Positions 29,325-41,800 of a stretch of DNA of 64,000 nucleotides are shown here, piece after piece. The notes beneath the pieces are model-generated. The model did no database searches. It had not been told where the DNA came from and was given only the letters and a program-made list of their open reading frames with translations. Numbering within the stretch: the stretch's first letter is position 1; each line of letters opens with the position of its first letter. Source of the DNA: an uncultured Alphaproteobacteria bacterium (lineage in GTDB: Bacteria > Pseudomonadota > Alphaproteobacteria > CAVTAV01); contig CAWGIZ010000012.1 of assembly GCA_963822835.1 (NCBI GenBank), positions 703 to 64,702 on the forward strand. The letters run 5' to 3'. The position numbers and the translations under genes were made by a program.

Positions 29325-30297
29325 AATGAACCACATTGATCGGCGGGCGGCCCTCGGCGACGCGGTTGATGTTCCCGGCGATGTCGCTCATCCGGCCCTC
29401 GACGGTTCTCCCGGTCCAACCCGATACGTGTGGCGTCATCAGCACATTGGGCAGTTCCTCGAATGGGTAGTTCGATGGCCGGCAGCGCTCACCGGCTTCC
29501 GCCGGATAGCGGTACCAGACATCAATCGCGGCGCCCGCGATGCAGCGGTCCCGAAGCGCTTCATAGAGAGCTTTTTCCTCGACGACCGGACCGCGCGCGG
29601 TGTTGATCAGATATGATCCGCGCTTCATGAGTGCGAACTCAGGCGCGCCGATCAGGCCCTCGGTTCCGGCAGTCAGGGGACAGCAGGGAACGACAAAATC
29701 AGCCTCCGGCAACTCGCCGCGCCAGGTATCGTACCCGGCGATGCGATCAAAACCACCCACGATCCGTTCTGGCGAACGCGACACTCCAATGTTACGAATG
29801 CCAAAAGCGCGCGTGCGCCGGGCCGTTTCCCGGGCGATGTGCCCGAGGCCAAGAAACAGGGCCGTCCGGCCGTCAAGCACACCGAGGTTCGGCGGCTGCC
29901 CCCAGATGCAGCTATCCCACCAGCCGCCCTCGCGGAGGCGCTTATCGTACTCCGCCGGTCTTCTCGTCAGCACGAGCATTGCCATCAGAATGTGCTCGGC
30001 GATCGAGGTTTCGTGATGAAACGTGTTGGCCACCCAAACACCCGGCCGCAACAGCTCGAAGGGCAGTCCGTCGACGCCGGCGCCGGCAGCTTGGATGAGC
30101 TTCGCCTGGTGCGCATTCGCGGCGATTTCGGCGGTAAGGGGCCAACCCACGATTACGTCCGCCTGGCGGACCAGGTCGAGGCGCGCCGGGACGCCGGCCG
30201 GATCCTCAATCACCGATATCTCGTAATCGCAGCGGAGCTGGTTTTCAACCAGACTCCCTGCCCCGCGCCGCGATCTTGCCAATCAGGACGATCTTCA
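29311..30297 (-). CDS. D-isomer-specific 2-hydroxyacid dehydrogenase family protein; 1 frame break ~30255-30270
   Basis: MKIVLIGKIAARGRE (ATG 30297) shifts into SLVENQLRCDYEIS.. NAD-binding block LGLGHIARETARR. Catalytic region NTARGPVVEE..AAIDVW..TPHVSGWT. Confidence 0.8.
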
Positions 30298-30310
30298 TCG
30301 GCGGTTCCAA

Positions 30311-30829
30311 TCACTTCAGGAGCGTTTCGACCAGACCCATCAGATAGTCCTCGTCAAACGGCCCTTCCCGGTGGGTCTGCCCGTCGAAATGGACCCAGGC
30401 AGCCTTCCTTCCCTCGACGCATAGGAATAATAGCTCTTCATGGATACCGAAGGTTTCGAGGGACTCCTGGTTGAACCAACGGATGGCGCCCTCGATGGTG
30501 TATGGCTGCAAATAGTTTTCCGTGGAGGTGAGGGTGTCAGTCGCCTCGAACGCGATATCCACAATACGCCCGGAAACACTGATCTGAAGAAGATTCGGCC
30601 CGGCTTCCTGAAATGAATCCGGTGAGAACTCGGCAGGGGACAACTCCAGACGTCCGTTCCGCGCCCTGGAGTTGAGGATTCGAACCAGGTTCGAACAGAT
30701 GACGTATAGCTCGAATGCACTCTCCCGCCGCAGTGCCCCCAGCCGCTTCTCCTCCTCGATGCGGATCTCATTTTGGGCGGCCACGGCATCGAGCTGCCGT
30801 GCCAGTCTGTTGAGCCGCTCCTCATCCAT
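30311..30829 (-). CDS. hypothetical protein
   Basis: 172-aa ORF from MDEERLNRLARQLD. N-terminal coiled-coil-like segment. No recognised domain. Confidence 0.4.
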   Translation of the reverse strand: MDEERLNRLARQLDAVAAQNEIRIEEEKRLGALRRESAFELYVICSNLVRILNSRARNGRLELSPAEFSPDSFQEAGPNLLQISVSGRIVDIAFEATDTLTSTENYLQPYTIEGAIRWFNQESLETFGIHEELLFLCVEGRKAAWVHFDGQTHREGPFDEDYLMGLVETLLK

Positions 30830-30871
30830 TGAAGGCCAGTATCGCACCCTCGGCTATAATTGGGGCATTCC

Positions 30872-32354
30872 ATGCCCTCATCGAAACCTGTACGCGTTCG
30901 CTACGCCCCCAGCCCGACCGGAGACTTCCATGTCGGCGGCGCCCGCACCGCCTTGTTCAACTATTTTTTCGCCCGCGGAAGCGGCGGCAGGTTCATTGTC
31001 CGCATCGAAGACACCGACCAAAAGCGCTTCATCCCGGAGGCGCTCGACTGGCTTCTGAACGGGCTGCGGTATCTCGGTCTCGATTGGGATGAGGGCCCTG
31101 AGGTGGGCGGTGAATACGGGCCCTACACCCAAACGGAGCGCCTCGAGACTTATCAGCGGTACTGCCAACAACTATTGGAAGGCGGTCACGCGTACCGCTG
31201 CTTCTGCACGGCGGATCGTCTTGAGGCCGTGACTGCGGGCCGTCAGAAGCAGGGCCTGCGCTCCGGCTACGACCGGCACTGCCGGGGTCTGGCCGCTGAG
31301 GAGTCCGGCCGGCGGGCGGAATCGGGCGAGAGCCATACCGTCCGCTTCAAGGCTCCCCTCGATGGCCAGATCACGGTGCACGACATCATTCGCGGCGACA
31401 TCGAATTCCAGAACGAAATCTTGCAGGATGCGGTTCTGATGAAGTCGGACGGCATTCCGACCTATCATCTGGCGAACGTGATCGACGATCATCTGATGGA
31501 GATCAGCCACATCCTGCGCGGCGACGAATGGATGAACAGCCTGCCGCTGCACGTTCATCTCTACAACGCTTTCGGCTGGGAACCTCCGGTGATGGCGCAC
31601 CTGCCGCTGATCCTCAATCCAGCGGGCAAGGGCAAGATGAGTAAACGAGAGGGAAGGGCGCCCGATGGCACAACTCTGCCCGTCTTCGTCCGGAGTTTCG
31701 AAGAGCTCGGGTACCTGCCGGAAGCGATGATCAACTTCATGGCTCTGCTTGGCTGGAGCTACGACGACAAGACCGAAATCATGAGCCGTGACGAGCTGAT
31801 CGAGCGCTTTACCCTTGAGCGTGTCAACGCCGCGCCGGCCGTGTGGAACTACGAGAAACTGAATCATTTGAACGGCGCCTATATCCGGCAGTTGACGGTG
31901 CCGGAACTCGCCAGGAGACTGGCCCCCTTCCTGGCCGTCAGCCGGATACCAGGCGGACGACGAAAAGTTGCTGGCGGTGACGCCGCTGATTCAGGAGCGC
32001 ATTACGTTGCTGAGCGATGTCGTAATCGCCGCCGATTTCTTCTTCATGTCCAAGCTGGCTGCTTACGACAGCGCGGAACTGATCCCAAAAAAGGGCGACG
32101 CGGCCATGGCTCTGGCCGCGCTGGGGCGAGCTAGGCAGACGCTGGAGACCGCGGAATTCACGGTGGCAGCCCTTGAGGAGGCGCTTCGAGCCGCTTCGGA
32201 AGACACGGGAATCAAAGCGGGGCAGATGTTCCAGCCGATCCGCGTCGCCGTTTGCGGCCGCAAGAACGCTCCGCCGTTGTTCGAGACCCTCAGCGTGCTG
32301 GGCAGGGCAACCTGCCTGGCGCGAATCGATGAGGCGATCGGCAAGTTGCGGTAG
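30872..32354 (+). CDS. gltX: glutamate--tRNA ligase; 1 frame break ~31936-31941
   Basis: [24 protein letters not shown] (HIGH-type) and GKMSKREG (KMSKS). The C-terminal anticodon-binding part continues in ORF 31968..32354 (..[24 protein letters not shown]..). Confidence 0.85.
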
Positions 32355-32403
32355 ACCGGTCACAGCGAGCCGTCCGGGCGTGCGCGGCAAGCCCGTTCGC
32401 GGC

Positions 32404-33703
32404 TCAGGCTTCCGGCAGCTCCAGCGAAGAGGCTTGCTGGAGGCCCGTGGCAACCTCGGGCAGAATTCCCAGGCGCACGTAGATCGGGCGGACGAGGACG
32501 CGGATTCCAGGGAGCGCCCGGGCGAACCAGACGCTCCCCGCAATGCAAAATAGACCACCGATGGCGACTGTCGAAGGAGCTCCCAATCCGGGAAGCGAGG
32601 CTCCCGGCGAGAAGGCTCCCAAATGGCGCCATGCCCATGAAGGCCATCGAGTAGAAGGCCATCACACGCCCCCGCTTGTCGTCATCCACAATGGTTTGGA
32701 GAATCGTGTTGCTCGACGCCAACTGTTGCATCGTGCCGAACCCGACGATGGGCAAGTACCGCCAACGACAACCAGAGGCTTCGTGAAAGACCGAAAACGA
32801 TCAGACCCGCGCCGGACAGAGCGGTAGCCACCATGATCCGCTTTCCGAGGCCCAACACGCTCTTTCGCATTGCCAATGTCAGAGCGCCGAACAGAGCGCC
32901 CGCGCCAGAGGCGGCCATCAGGAAACCGAGCGTATGCGCCCCGCCTTTCAGAACATCCGAGGCGAAGACCGGCATCAATACCGCATATGGCATGCCCGCC
33001 AGACTCACTACGGCGAGCAAGAGCAGAAGGGAACGGATGGGAGTGAAGTTGACCACGTACCGCCAGCCCTCGCGCTAACTCGTGCCGCAACTGGCGATGT
33101 CGTTTGGGCGCGGTCACGGGAAGCGCCTTCATGAGCAGCAATGACAGGATGACGGCCAGGTAGCTGACACCATCGATCAGGAAGCAGTATCCTTCGCCCG
33201 GCGCCCGCGATCAGCACGCCTGCCAGCGCCGGCCCGGCCAGACGCGCTGCGTGGACCATGGAAGAGTTGAGTGCGATGGCGTTGCCGAGGTCTTCGCGGC
33301 GGTCGACCATCTGCACTACGAACGCCTGTCGCGACCGGCATGTCGAACGCATTCACGAAACCTTGGATGAGGGCCAGCAGGACGATCTGCCATACAGTGA
33401 TGATTCCGCTCAACGTGAGCGCCGCCAGAGTCAGAGACTGCGCCATCGAGAAGACCTGCGTAACGACAAGCGTGCGGTGGCGGTCCCAGCGGTCCGCCCA
33501 GACTCCGGCGGCCGGCGCCAGGAAAAACGTGGGGATCTGCCCAGCGAATCCTACGACTCCCAGCAGAGTGGCGGAGTTGGTGAAGCGGTAGACCAGCCAG
33601 CCCATGGCGACGCGCGTCATCCATGTCCCAAGAAGAGAGATGCTCTGCCCGCCGAAGAACAGACGGTAGTTTCGCGACCGCAGAGCGCGCGCGGCGGTCA
33701 GCC
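32404..33703 (-). pseudogene. MFS transporter (EntS/DUF894-like), 5 frame breaks
   Basis: Five minus-strand ORF pieces concatenate into one 12-TM MFS. The pieces are NYRLFFGGQSISLLGTWMTRVAMGW.., [23 protein letters not shown].., [16 protein letters not shown].., [23 protein letters not shown].., IVGFGTMQQLASSNTILQTIVDDDKRGRVMAFYSMAF.., and APSTVAIGGLFCIAG... Breaks fall near 33335, 33205, 33065, 32755 and 32585. Confidence 0.75.
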
Positions 33704-33777
33704 AGTTGTTCACCCTTCTATTGTTACGCCGAAGCAACGCGCCCGATCGGGGCCGGAGACAAGCCCGGCTCGTCCGG

Positions 33778-34431
33778 CTACTTCCGCAATCGCCGGTAGT
33801 AGGAGTGGCTGGTGTAGAGCGCCGCGACGGGATTGTGGCCGAGCACACGGTCCTTCGCGACCAGTACCGTCGCGGGAGCTTTCGAGTGCATGAAGAACAT
33901 GCTGTCGTGGCCCACGCACAGTCCGATGACCACGTTCAGTTGCGTGCCGGCCTCGGCCAGCAGCGAAGCTTGCGCAACCGGATTGCAGAGCGCCTCGAAT
34001 TCGCCTGGGTGAACTTTGTCCTGGTCGAGCAGGCCAAGCTTTTCTTTCGAAATCGAACCGACCTTGCAGCAGACCGCCTCCACTTCAAAACCCTGGCTCT
34101 CAAAAATTCCACAGGCGATCTTGGCTTCTTCGATCAAGCCCACGCAGTGGGCGATACCGAGTTTGTTGGCCCCGATGCGGCGGGCGAAGTCCATGATCTC
34201 CTGGATGCGCGTGTAGCGGCCATAGCCGGCGGCTTCCGTACGCGCCGATTCGCACGCCAGCTTGCGCAGTCCCTCGTCCTCCAGATAAGTCCTTTCCGCC
34301 GCGGCCAGCCGCTCGGGGTCCGCCGTCATGGGACAGATGGCCGGAAGCTTCTTCGTCTCCGGCTCGCAGGTACACGCTTTGACACCGCACAACTGGCACC
34401 TCAGCCCGGAATCTCGTGGATTAGGCATCAT
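33778..34431 (-). CDS. DUF1847-like Cys-rich metal-binding protein
   Basis: N-terminal CQLCGVKACTC..CP cluster and VIGLCVGHDSMF block. 217 aa, intact. Family call from memory of the DUF1847 pattern. Confidence 0.55.
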   Translation of the reverse strand: MMPNPRDSGLRCQLCGVKACTCEPETKKLPAICPMTADPERLAAAERTYLEDEGLRKLACESARTEAAGYGRYTRIQEIMDFARRIGANKLGIAHCVGLIEEAKIACGIFESQGFEVEAVCCKVGSISKEKLGLLDQDKVHPGEFEALCNPVAQASLLAEAGTQLNVVIGLCVGHDSMFFMHSKAPATVLVAKDRVLGHNPVAALYTSHSYYRRLRK

Positions 34432-34514
34432 TCAAATTTTACTTCGTTCGGGCATCGGGCGGGGGCGCGGTATAATCGGACTTTTCAGTTACAAGTCCAT
34501 CAGGCCTGAAACTC

Positions 34515-34790
34515 ATGAATCGAACTTTCGCCATTCTACTGCTGTTGTTCGCGTTCGCATCCTGTGACCTTCGAGCGCAACAACCGGAGGAAATCATTGA
34601 TAACCAGATGAGGACATTGCGGATCCCCCGGGTGGGACGGCCGCCGGTAATCGAGGACTTCCTGAACGGTGTGCCGCGCGAGGCGGAGCTTGCTGTAACT
34701 GATTTCCGGCAGACCCGCCGGCGACGAATACAAAGCGACGAGGAAGCTCACAAAACCAACCACCGTCCTTTAGCAGGACGACGAGTCTAA
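34515..34790 (+). pseudogene. 5' fragment of a secreted protein (N-terminus resembles CBM9/DUF5916-type hydrolases), decaying into the junction
   Basis: Signal peptide MNRTFAILLLLFAFASC, then RIPRVGRPPVIEDFLNGVPREAELAVTDFRQ. Coherent coding is lost after ~34,740 and the gene has no body. Confidence 0.35.
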
Positions 34791-34796
34791 TACGTA

Positions 34797-34972
34797 TTGC
34801 TGGTCAACGTCAAAGTTTTCACTTTTATCGAGCTTTGTCACAAAATCTTTTGCAAACGACGAATCAGACTTGTTTATCAGCGCCACCCGAAAACTGGCCA
34901 TATTGTTGCTATTAAATATGCCCCCAAACACAAACAGGAAGATAAGTGGAAAGAGTATGCCAAAGAATATTG
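34797..34972 (-). other. orphan low-GC (~39%) fragment encoding only TM1 and the loop start of an ABC-2-type transporter permease
   Basis: The minus-strand translation is [58 protein letters not shown]. There is no start and no continuation. The base composition contrasts sharply with both flanks. Confidence 0.5.
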
Positions 34973-34973
34973 A

Positions 34974-36603
<1,630 letters not shown>

Positions 36604-36677
36604 TCATTGCCGCCACGTAACGACTGAGTTATCCCCAAGAATCTGGGAAAAAACGCGAAAAACTGCGGGTTTTCCCT

Positions 36678-36706
36678 TTGACGGGGTATAGGGGCGCGAT
36701 TACACT
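36678..36706 (+). promoter_or_regulatory. candidate sigma-70-type promoter of hupB (TTGACG-17 nt-TACACT)
   Basis: -35 element TTGACG at 36678-36683, a 17-nt spacer, and -10 element TACACT at 36701-36706, ~60 nt upstream of the hupB GTG. An AAGGGGA Shine-Dalgarno sits 7 nt before the start. Sequence inspection only. Confidence 0.4.
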
Positions 36707-36769
36707 GCGCCCGCGTTACAGGGGCTGGCCCTGGTCCGGTCCACTGTTCTTCTCAAGAAGGGGAATGTC

Positions 36770-37042
36770 GTGAATAAGAACGATCTTATTGCTAGCGTTG
36801 CTGATGCCGCCGAACTCTCGAAAGCGGACGCAACCAAGGCTGTGGACGCCGTCCTGAGCTCGATTGCCAAGTCGCTGAAGAAGGGCGACGAGGTTCGGCT
36901 GGTCGGCTTCGGCACGTTCAGCGTGTCGAAACGTGCTGCCACTGAAGGGCGCAATCCGCGGACCGGTGAGAAGATTAAGATCCCGGCCTCGAAGCAGCCC
37001 AAGTTCAAGGCTGGCAAGGCCCTGAAGGACGCCGTCAACTAA
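36770..37042 (+). CDS. hupB: DNA-binding protein HU
   Basis: [55 protein letters not shown]. 90 aa. GTG start. Confidence 0.9.
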   Translation: MNKNDLIASVADAAELSKADATKAVDAVLSSIAKSLKKGDEVRLVGFGTFSVSKRAATEGRNPRTGEKIKIPASKQPKFKAGKALKDAVN

Positions 37043-37064
37043 TAAGACGGCCCGAGAAACATTA

Positions 37065-37103
37065 GCCGGTCAGTCCGAAACGGATTGGCCGGCTTTGTTT
37101 TTT
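37065..37103 (+). terminator. rho-independent terminator of hupB
   Basis: 13-bp stem GCCGGUCAGUCCG/CGGAUUGGCCGGC (two G-U pairs) with an AAA loop, followed by UUUGUUUUUU. Confidence 0.8.
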
Positions 37104-37164
37104 GTGGGAGCCCGCCCAACGGGATGACCACAAATTCGATTCTGCGCTATATATCAAATAGCTC

Positions 37165-37240
37165 GGGCGATTAGCTCAGTTGGTAGAGCACCTCGTTTAC
37201 ACCGAGGGGGTCGGAGGTTCGAGACCTTCATCGCCCACCA
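37165..37240 (+). tRNA. tRNA-Val (anticodon TAC), CCA encoded
   Basis: Cloverleaf folded by hand. Acceptor GGGCGAT/ATCGCCC. Anticodon stem CCTCG/CGAGG with loop TTTACAC. T arm GGAGG-TTCGAGA-CCTTC. Confidence 0.9.
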
Positions 37241-37341
37241 CGCTTCGCCCTTGCGGGCTACGCGTGGCGCCGCCACAGGAAGAGTGTTCGCGCACAAGCG
37301 AATGAAGTCTCATTCTTAAGAGTGAGAAGGGAACAGCGCCG

Positions 37342-38406
37342 TCAGTCGCCGTTCTGATGTGGCACTTCCGCCAGGAACTCTCCCAACTCCTTCGCATAGA
37401 ATTTTGCCGCGAAGACCGTTCCGTGGCCGAAGGTCTCCGTGCTCGCGGGGATCAGGTAGACGCTTCCGTTTTTCACTTTCTTCATCGCGGCATCCATCAC
37501 GCCGGTCTCGGGCGGATCGCGTTCGTCGTCGGCTGAATTTATCGCGAGGACGGGTGCGCGAATCTTGCCCAACATCGGTTCGGGATCGTAGGTGCGCGAT
37601 GCGTTCACCTGCCAGATGAAGTCGTTGGCGTCGGCGTTCGACGGCGCGGCGAGTCGCTCTTCGACGATCTTGTCGGCGAGTTCCCGGGTTGGCGCCAGTT
37701 TCTGCCAGTGCAACGTCCCGCCCGCCGTCGCGAGGCCGTAAAATGTCGACGCATATTTCATGACATGCGGTTGGGACGTGTAGTTGCCATCCTTGTAACC
37801 GGGGTCATTGCGGATGGTTTCGATCAGCATCCGCCGGAGCATCCAGTTGCGACTGGCCATTGCTGTCGGTTGCGACGCCATCGGCACCAGCGCATCCATG
37901 AAACCCGGATAGCGTTCGCCCCAGACCCAGGTGTTCATCCCGCCCATCGATATGCCGGTAACGAGGCGGACATGGTGGATCCCCAGTCCTTCGGTGAGCA
38001 GGCGGTACTGCGCGTCGACCATGTCGTCATAGTCGTATTGCGGGAATTTGGCCTTGAGGCCGTCGGACGGCTTCGAGCTTTGGCCATGGCCGATCGAGTC
38101 GGGGAGAATGATGTAGTATTTCGCCGCGTCGAGCGGCTGGCCGGGGCCGAACAGCTGGCCGGCGAATCCCGGACTCAACATTCCGTCGCCCGATCCCGTC
38201 GTCCCGTGCAGGATGAGCACCGGCTCGCCCTTGGGGTTTCCCACGGTGGTGTAATGAAGCTTGAGCTCCTGCATCACTTCGCCGGTGTGGAATTTGAAGT
38301 CACGGGCCACCCAATCGCCGTGATGCGGCGCGGGATAATCCGCGGCCAGCGCGGATGCCGATGTCAGTATCATGGCTGCAAGGCCCACTATGCTGATTGT
38401 TTTCAC
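37342..38406 (-). CDS. secreted alpha/beta-fold hydrolase
   Basis: Signal peptide MKTISIVGLAAMILTSASALA. VLILHGTTGSG. Nucleophile elbow GISMGG. Intact 354 aa. Confidence 0.7.
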   Translation of the reverse strand: MKTISIVGLAAMILTSASALAADYPAPHHGDWVARDFKFHTGEVMQELKLHYTTVGNPKGEPVLILHGTTGSGDGMLSPGFAGQLFGPGQPLDAAKYYIILPDSIGHGQSSKPSDGLKAKFPQYDYDDMVDAQYRLLTEGLGIHHVRLVTGISMGGMNTWVWGERYPGFMDALVPMASQPTAMASRNWMLRRMLIETIRNDPGYKDGNYTSQPHVMKYASTFYGLATAGGTLHWQKLAPTRELADKIVEERLAAPSNADANDFIWQVNASRTYDPEPMLGKIRAPVLAINSADDERDPPETGVMDAAMKKVKNGSVYLIPASTETFGHGTVFAAKFYAKELGEFLAEVPHQNGD

Positions 38407-38600
38407 GATGACTGTCTCCCCCGAGATCGTGCCGTCTCGGGGCGAGTGTAGTACGGCGAGGCCGACAAAGGGAGAGCCATCGGCGGCTTTCAGCCCCGGT
38501 CGATCGGGCGTTTGGGATTGAAGTCGATCCCCGCCATCGTATGCTTGGGCTCCCGATTGGCGCGATCGTCGCGCTTGCCGGACAATCCAAGGACAAGAAA

Positions 38601-39066
38601 ATGGCCCGTCCGCCCCTTCCGCCGTTCACCGCAGAAACCGCCGCCCAGAAGGCCCGCATGGCGGAGGACGCCTGGAACACGCGCGATCCGGCGCGCGTCG
38701 CACAGGCCTATACGGTCGATAGCCGCTGGAGAAACCGGGCGGAGTTCGTTCAGGGCAGGGCGGAGATCGAGGCGTTCCTGACCCGCAAATGGAACAAGGA
38801 GCTGGACTACCGGCTGATCAAGGAGGTCTGGGCGTTCCACGGGAATCGAATCGCCGTGCCGCTTCGCCTATGAATGGCACGACGACAGCGGCCACTGGTT
38901 CCGGAGCTACGGCAACGAGAACTGGGAGTTCGACGAGGAAGGGCTGATGCGCATCCGTTTCGCCAGCATCAACGACCTGCCCATCACGGAAGAGCTGCGG
39001 CTCTATCGCTGGCCCCTCGGCCGCCGTCCGGACGATCATCCGGGGTTGAGCGCGTTGGGGCTCTAG
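38601..39066 (+). CDS. DUF1348 (NTF2-like) family protein; 1 extra base ~38856
   Basis: [52 protein letters not shown] continues in the next frame as [37 protein letters not shown], ending at TAG 39064-39066. Confidence 0.7.
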
Positions 39067-39073
39067 GCCGCGG

Positions 39074-39718
39074 TCAACTCGCGGGCTTCGGCTCCGGCCC
39101 AAGCTCCACGTGGTTGGTCGTGCCGCTCTTGCCGGGGAAATCCTTGAACAGGGCTTCGACGAGCAGCGGCATCACGGGATTGATATTGGTGCCTTGGCCG
39201 AGGCTTTCGGCCTTGCCTTCATACAGGACCTTGCCATCGGATCGCTGGGTGATCACGAGCTGAAGCCACCGATTGGACACCGGCGGCTCGTTCGGCGTCG
39301 TGCCAACTCCGGTCGACATACCCATGCCAAAGGCGGAATGGCCGCCGCCGGTTCCGACCCCGATTCCGATCTGGATCGGGGAACGTTTCTTGACGGAGGC
39401 GGGGACGGGGCCGGCAGAGACGCCGTAGTCGATCGTCGCGATCAGTGTTGTTGGCGTGCCGGGTACGGGCGGATTGAAGCCCTGCTGTCCGAGATGAGCG
39501 CCGACCATCTGGGCATATTGCTTGAACGAGAGGTTCGCGGCCTCGTTCGGATTCTTCGGTACGACCTCGATCGTTTCGCCGGATGGCTTGGGCAGTTGCT
39601 GGAAGCGCGTCACGTCGGCGTTGAAATTGGTCGCGCAGGCCGAGGCGAGCGAGGCGAGGAGGGCCATCGCGCCGATCCGAAGCAGGCCGAAGCCCCAATT
39701 CTTGCGTGTCATGATCAT
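39074..39718 (-). CDS. putative lipoprotein (DUF4136-like)
   Basis: Lipobox LASLASAC after a hydrophobic signal. 214 aa, intact. Confidence 0.55.
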   Translation of the reverse strand: MIMTRKNWGFGLLRIGAMALLASLASACATNFNADVTRFQQLPKPSGETIEVVPKNPNEAANLSFKQYAQMVGAHLGQQGFNPPVPGTPTTLIATIDYGVSAGPVPASVKKRSPIQIGIGVGTGGGHSAFGMGMSTGVGTTPNEPPVSNRWLQLVITQRSDGKVLYEGKAESLGQGTNINPVMPLLVEALFKDFPGKSGTTNHVELGPEPKPAS

Positions 39719-39896
39719 GAGCGGGTCTCACCAACAAACGGGCGCTCAACGGCGGTTTTTCCGCTGTGTGCGCCGAGGTTCATCTTCTAGCATAGATCAG
39801 CCAAACTGAATGAGCGCTGAATAGGCCTGCTCGAGGCCCGGACGCGCTTGACACCCTCTTGCGCGTACCGTACATGAGAGCCCGCATCTGGCACCC

Positions 39897-39973
<77 letters not shown>

Positions 39974-40192
39974 GAGTCTATTTCTTTCCCGCAAAATCCA
40001 ACAAATCGACGGCAGACGCGGCCTTTTTCCGCGATCCGGGCCGCTTGGAATTCCATGCTTTTCATCGCCTGTCACGGGTTCTATACTCCGCCGCGAACTG
40101 GGCTGGGGCCTGCCTGCGAAACGCTTCCTTGCAAGCGTTTTCCTCCCCAGCTACAACTGTTTCATAATGTTTGTGCAGTGCGGTAGCGGCTG

Positions 40193-40558
40193 ATGAACTC
40201 ATATCTTCTCGAATATCTGCCGATCCTCATTTTCATCGGAATAGCGCTCGGGCTTTCGGGCCTTTTCGTGCTCCTGGCCTATCTCGTGGCCGAACAACGC
40301 CCCGATCCGGAAAAGCTCTCCGCCTACGAGTGCGGGTTCGACGCGTTTTCCGACTCGCGCGGTCAGTTCGATGTCCGCTTCTATCTGGTCTCGATCCTGT
40401 TCATCATCTTCGACCTTGAGGTCGCCTTCCTGTTCCCGTGGGCAGTGTCGCTCGGCAAGATCGGGCTGTTCGGCTTCTGGTCGATGGCGGTGTTCCTCGG
40501 CATTCTGACCATCGGCTTCATCTACGAATGGAAGAAAGGGGCGCTCGAATGGGAGTAG
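40193..40558 (+). CDS. nuoA: NADH-quinone oxidoreductase subunit A
   Basis: 121 aa with 3 TM helices. YECGF and [14 protein letters not shown] blocks. First gene of a 14-gene nuo operon. Confidence 0.9.
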   Translation: MNSYLLEYLPILIFIGIALGLSGLFVLLAYLVAEQRPDPEKLSAYECGFDAFSDSRGQFDVRFYLVSILFIIFDLEVAFLFPWAVSLGKIGLFGFWSMAVFLGILTIGFIYEWKKGALEWE

Positions 40559-41091
40559 TAGTTCCAGGCAGCGCCACGACGAGCCTCACGCCGCCGGATG
40601 AAGGCTTCTTCAAGACGCTGAATGACGATCTGGCCGACAAGGGCTTTCTCGTCACCAAGGCGGAAGATCTCATCAACTGGGCCCGCACGGGCTCGCTGTG
40701 GTGGATGACCTTCGGTCTCGCCTGCTGTGCGGTCGAGATGATGCACACCAATATGCCGCGCTACGACATGGAGCGTTTCGGGGCTGCCCCGCGCGCCAGT
40801 CCGCGCCAGTCCGACGTGATGATCGTCGCCGGCACGCTGTGCAACAAGATGGCGCCGGCGCTCCGCAAGGTTTACGACCAGATGCCGGAGCCGCGTTACG
40901 TCATCTCCATGGGGAGCTGCGCGAACGGCGGCGGCTATTATCACTATTCCTATTCCGTCGTGCGTGGCTGCGACCGCGTCGTCCCGGTGGATATTTATGT
41001 CCCGGGATGCCCGCCGACCGCGGAAGCGCTGCTCTACGGAATTCTTCAGCTTCAGAAAAAGATCCGCCGGACCGGCACGTTCACGCGCTAG
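40549..41091 (+). CDS. nuoB: NADH-quinone oxidoreductase subunit B
   Basis: [25 protein letters not shown] and DIYVPGCPP (N2 cluster ligands). Confidence 0.9.
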   Translation: MGVVVPGSATTSLTPPDEGFFKTLNDDLADKGFLVTKAEDLINWARTGSLWWMTFGLACCAVEMMHTNMPRYDMERFGAAPRASPRQSDVMIVAGTLCNKMAPALRKVYDQMPEPRYVISMGSCANGGGYYHYSYSVVRGCDRVVPVDIYVPGCPPTAEALLYGILQLQKKIRRTGTFTR

Positions 41092-41156
41092 GCTCCGCAC
41101 CGGGGCTTCCCGGCAAGTAATAATGAATGAGACGCGTCAAGGATTAGGACATCGTC

Positions 41157-41798
41157 ATGGATGAGGCCCTTCGCGAACTCGGAGAGCAGATCGTCGCCGC
41201 TTCAGCGGCGGTGACGGGCTACGATGTTGCCTATGGCGAACTTACGGTCACGGCTGAGGCAGACAAGATTCTGGACGTCCTGAACTATCTGCGGGACGAC
41301 AGCCAGTGCCGGTTCCGTCAGCTGGTGGACATCACGGGGGTCGATCACCCGGGCCGCGCGAAGCGCTTCGATGTCGTTTATCACATGGTCAGCCTTCACA
41401 ATAACCAGCGGATCCGCGTGAAGATCGTCACCGACGAGTTGACGCCGGTTCCCTCGGCGACCCGGATCTTTCCGTCCGCCGGCTGGTATGAGCGCGAAAC
41501 GTGGGATCTCTACGGGATCATGTTCTCCGAGCATCCGGATCTTCGCCGCATCCTCACCGATTACGGCTTCGAGGGCTTCCCGCTGCGCAAGGACTTCCCG
41601 CTGACGGGCTATGTCGAGGTGCGCTACAGCGAGGAACTCAAGCGCGTCGTCTACGAGCCGGTGAAGCTGACGCAGGAATTCCGCACATTCGACTTCATGA
41701 GCCCATGGGAAGGCGCGAAATACATCCTGCCGGGCGACGAAAAAGCCACCACCGAGCCCAAGCCCCAAGGGTCGGGCGCGAAGGCCTCGGGGAGTTAG
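41157..41798 (+). CDS. nuoC: NADH-quinone oxidoreductase subunit C
   Basis: [42 protein letters not shown]. Confidence 0.9.
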   Translation: MDEALRELGEQIVAASAAVTGYDVAYGELTVTAEADKILDVLNYLRDDSQCRFRQLVDITGVDHPGRAKRFDVVYHMVSLHNNQRIRVKIVTDELTPVPSATRIFPSAGWYERETWDLYGIMFSEHPDLRRILTDYGFEGFPLRKDFPLTGYVEVRYSEELKRVVYEPVKLTQEFRTFDFMSPWEGAKYILPGDEKATTEPKPQGSGAKASGS

Positions 41799-41800
41799 TC

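Noticed and set aside
40129-40150. 8-bp hairpin AAACGCTT-N6-AAGCGTTT upstream of nuoA
   Set aside because: It could be a leader structure or a weak terminator after tRNA-Asp. The U tract is mostly inside the stem, and there is nothing else to support a regulatory role.
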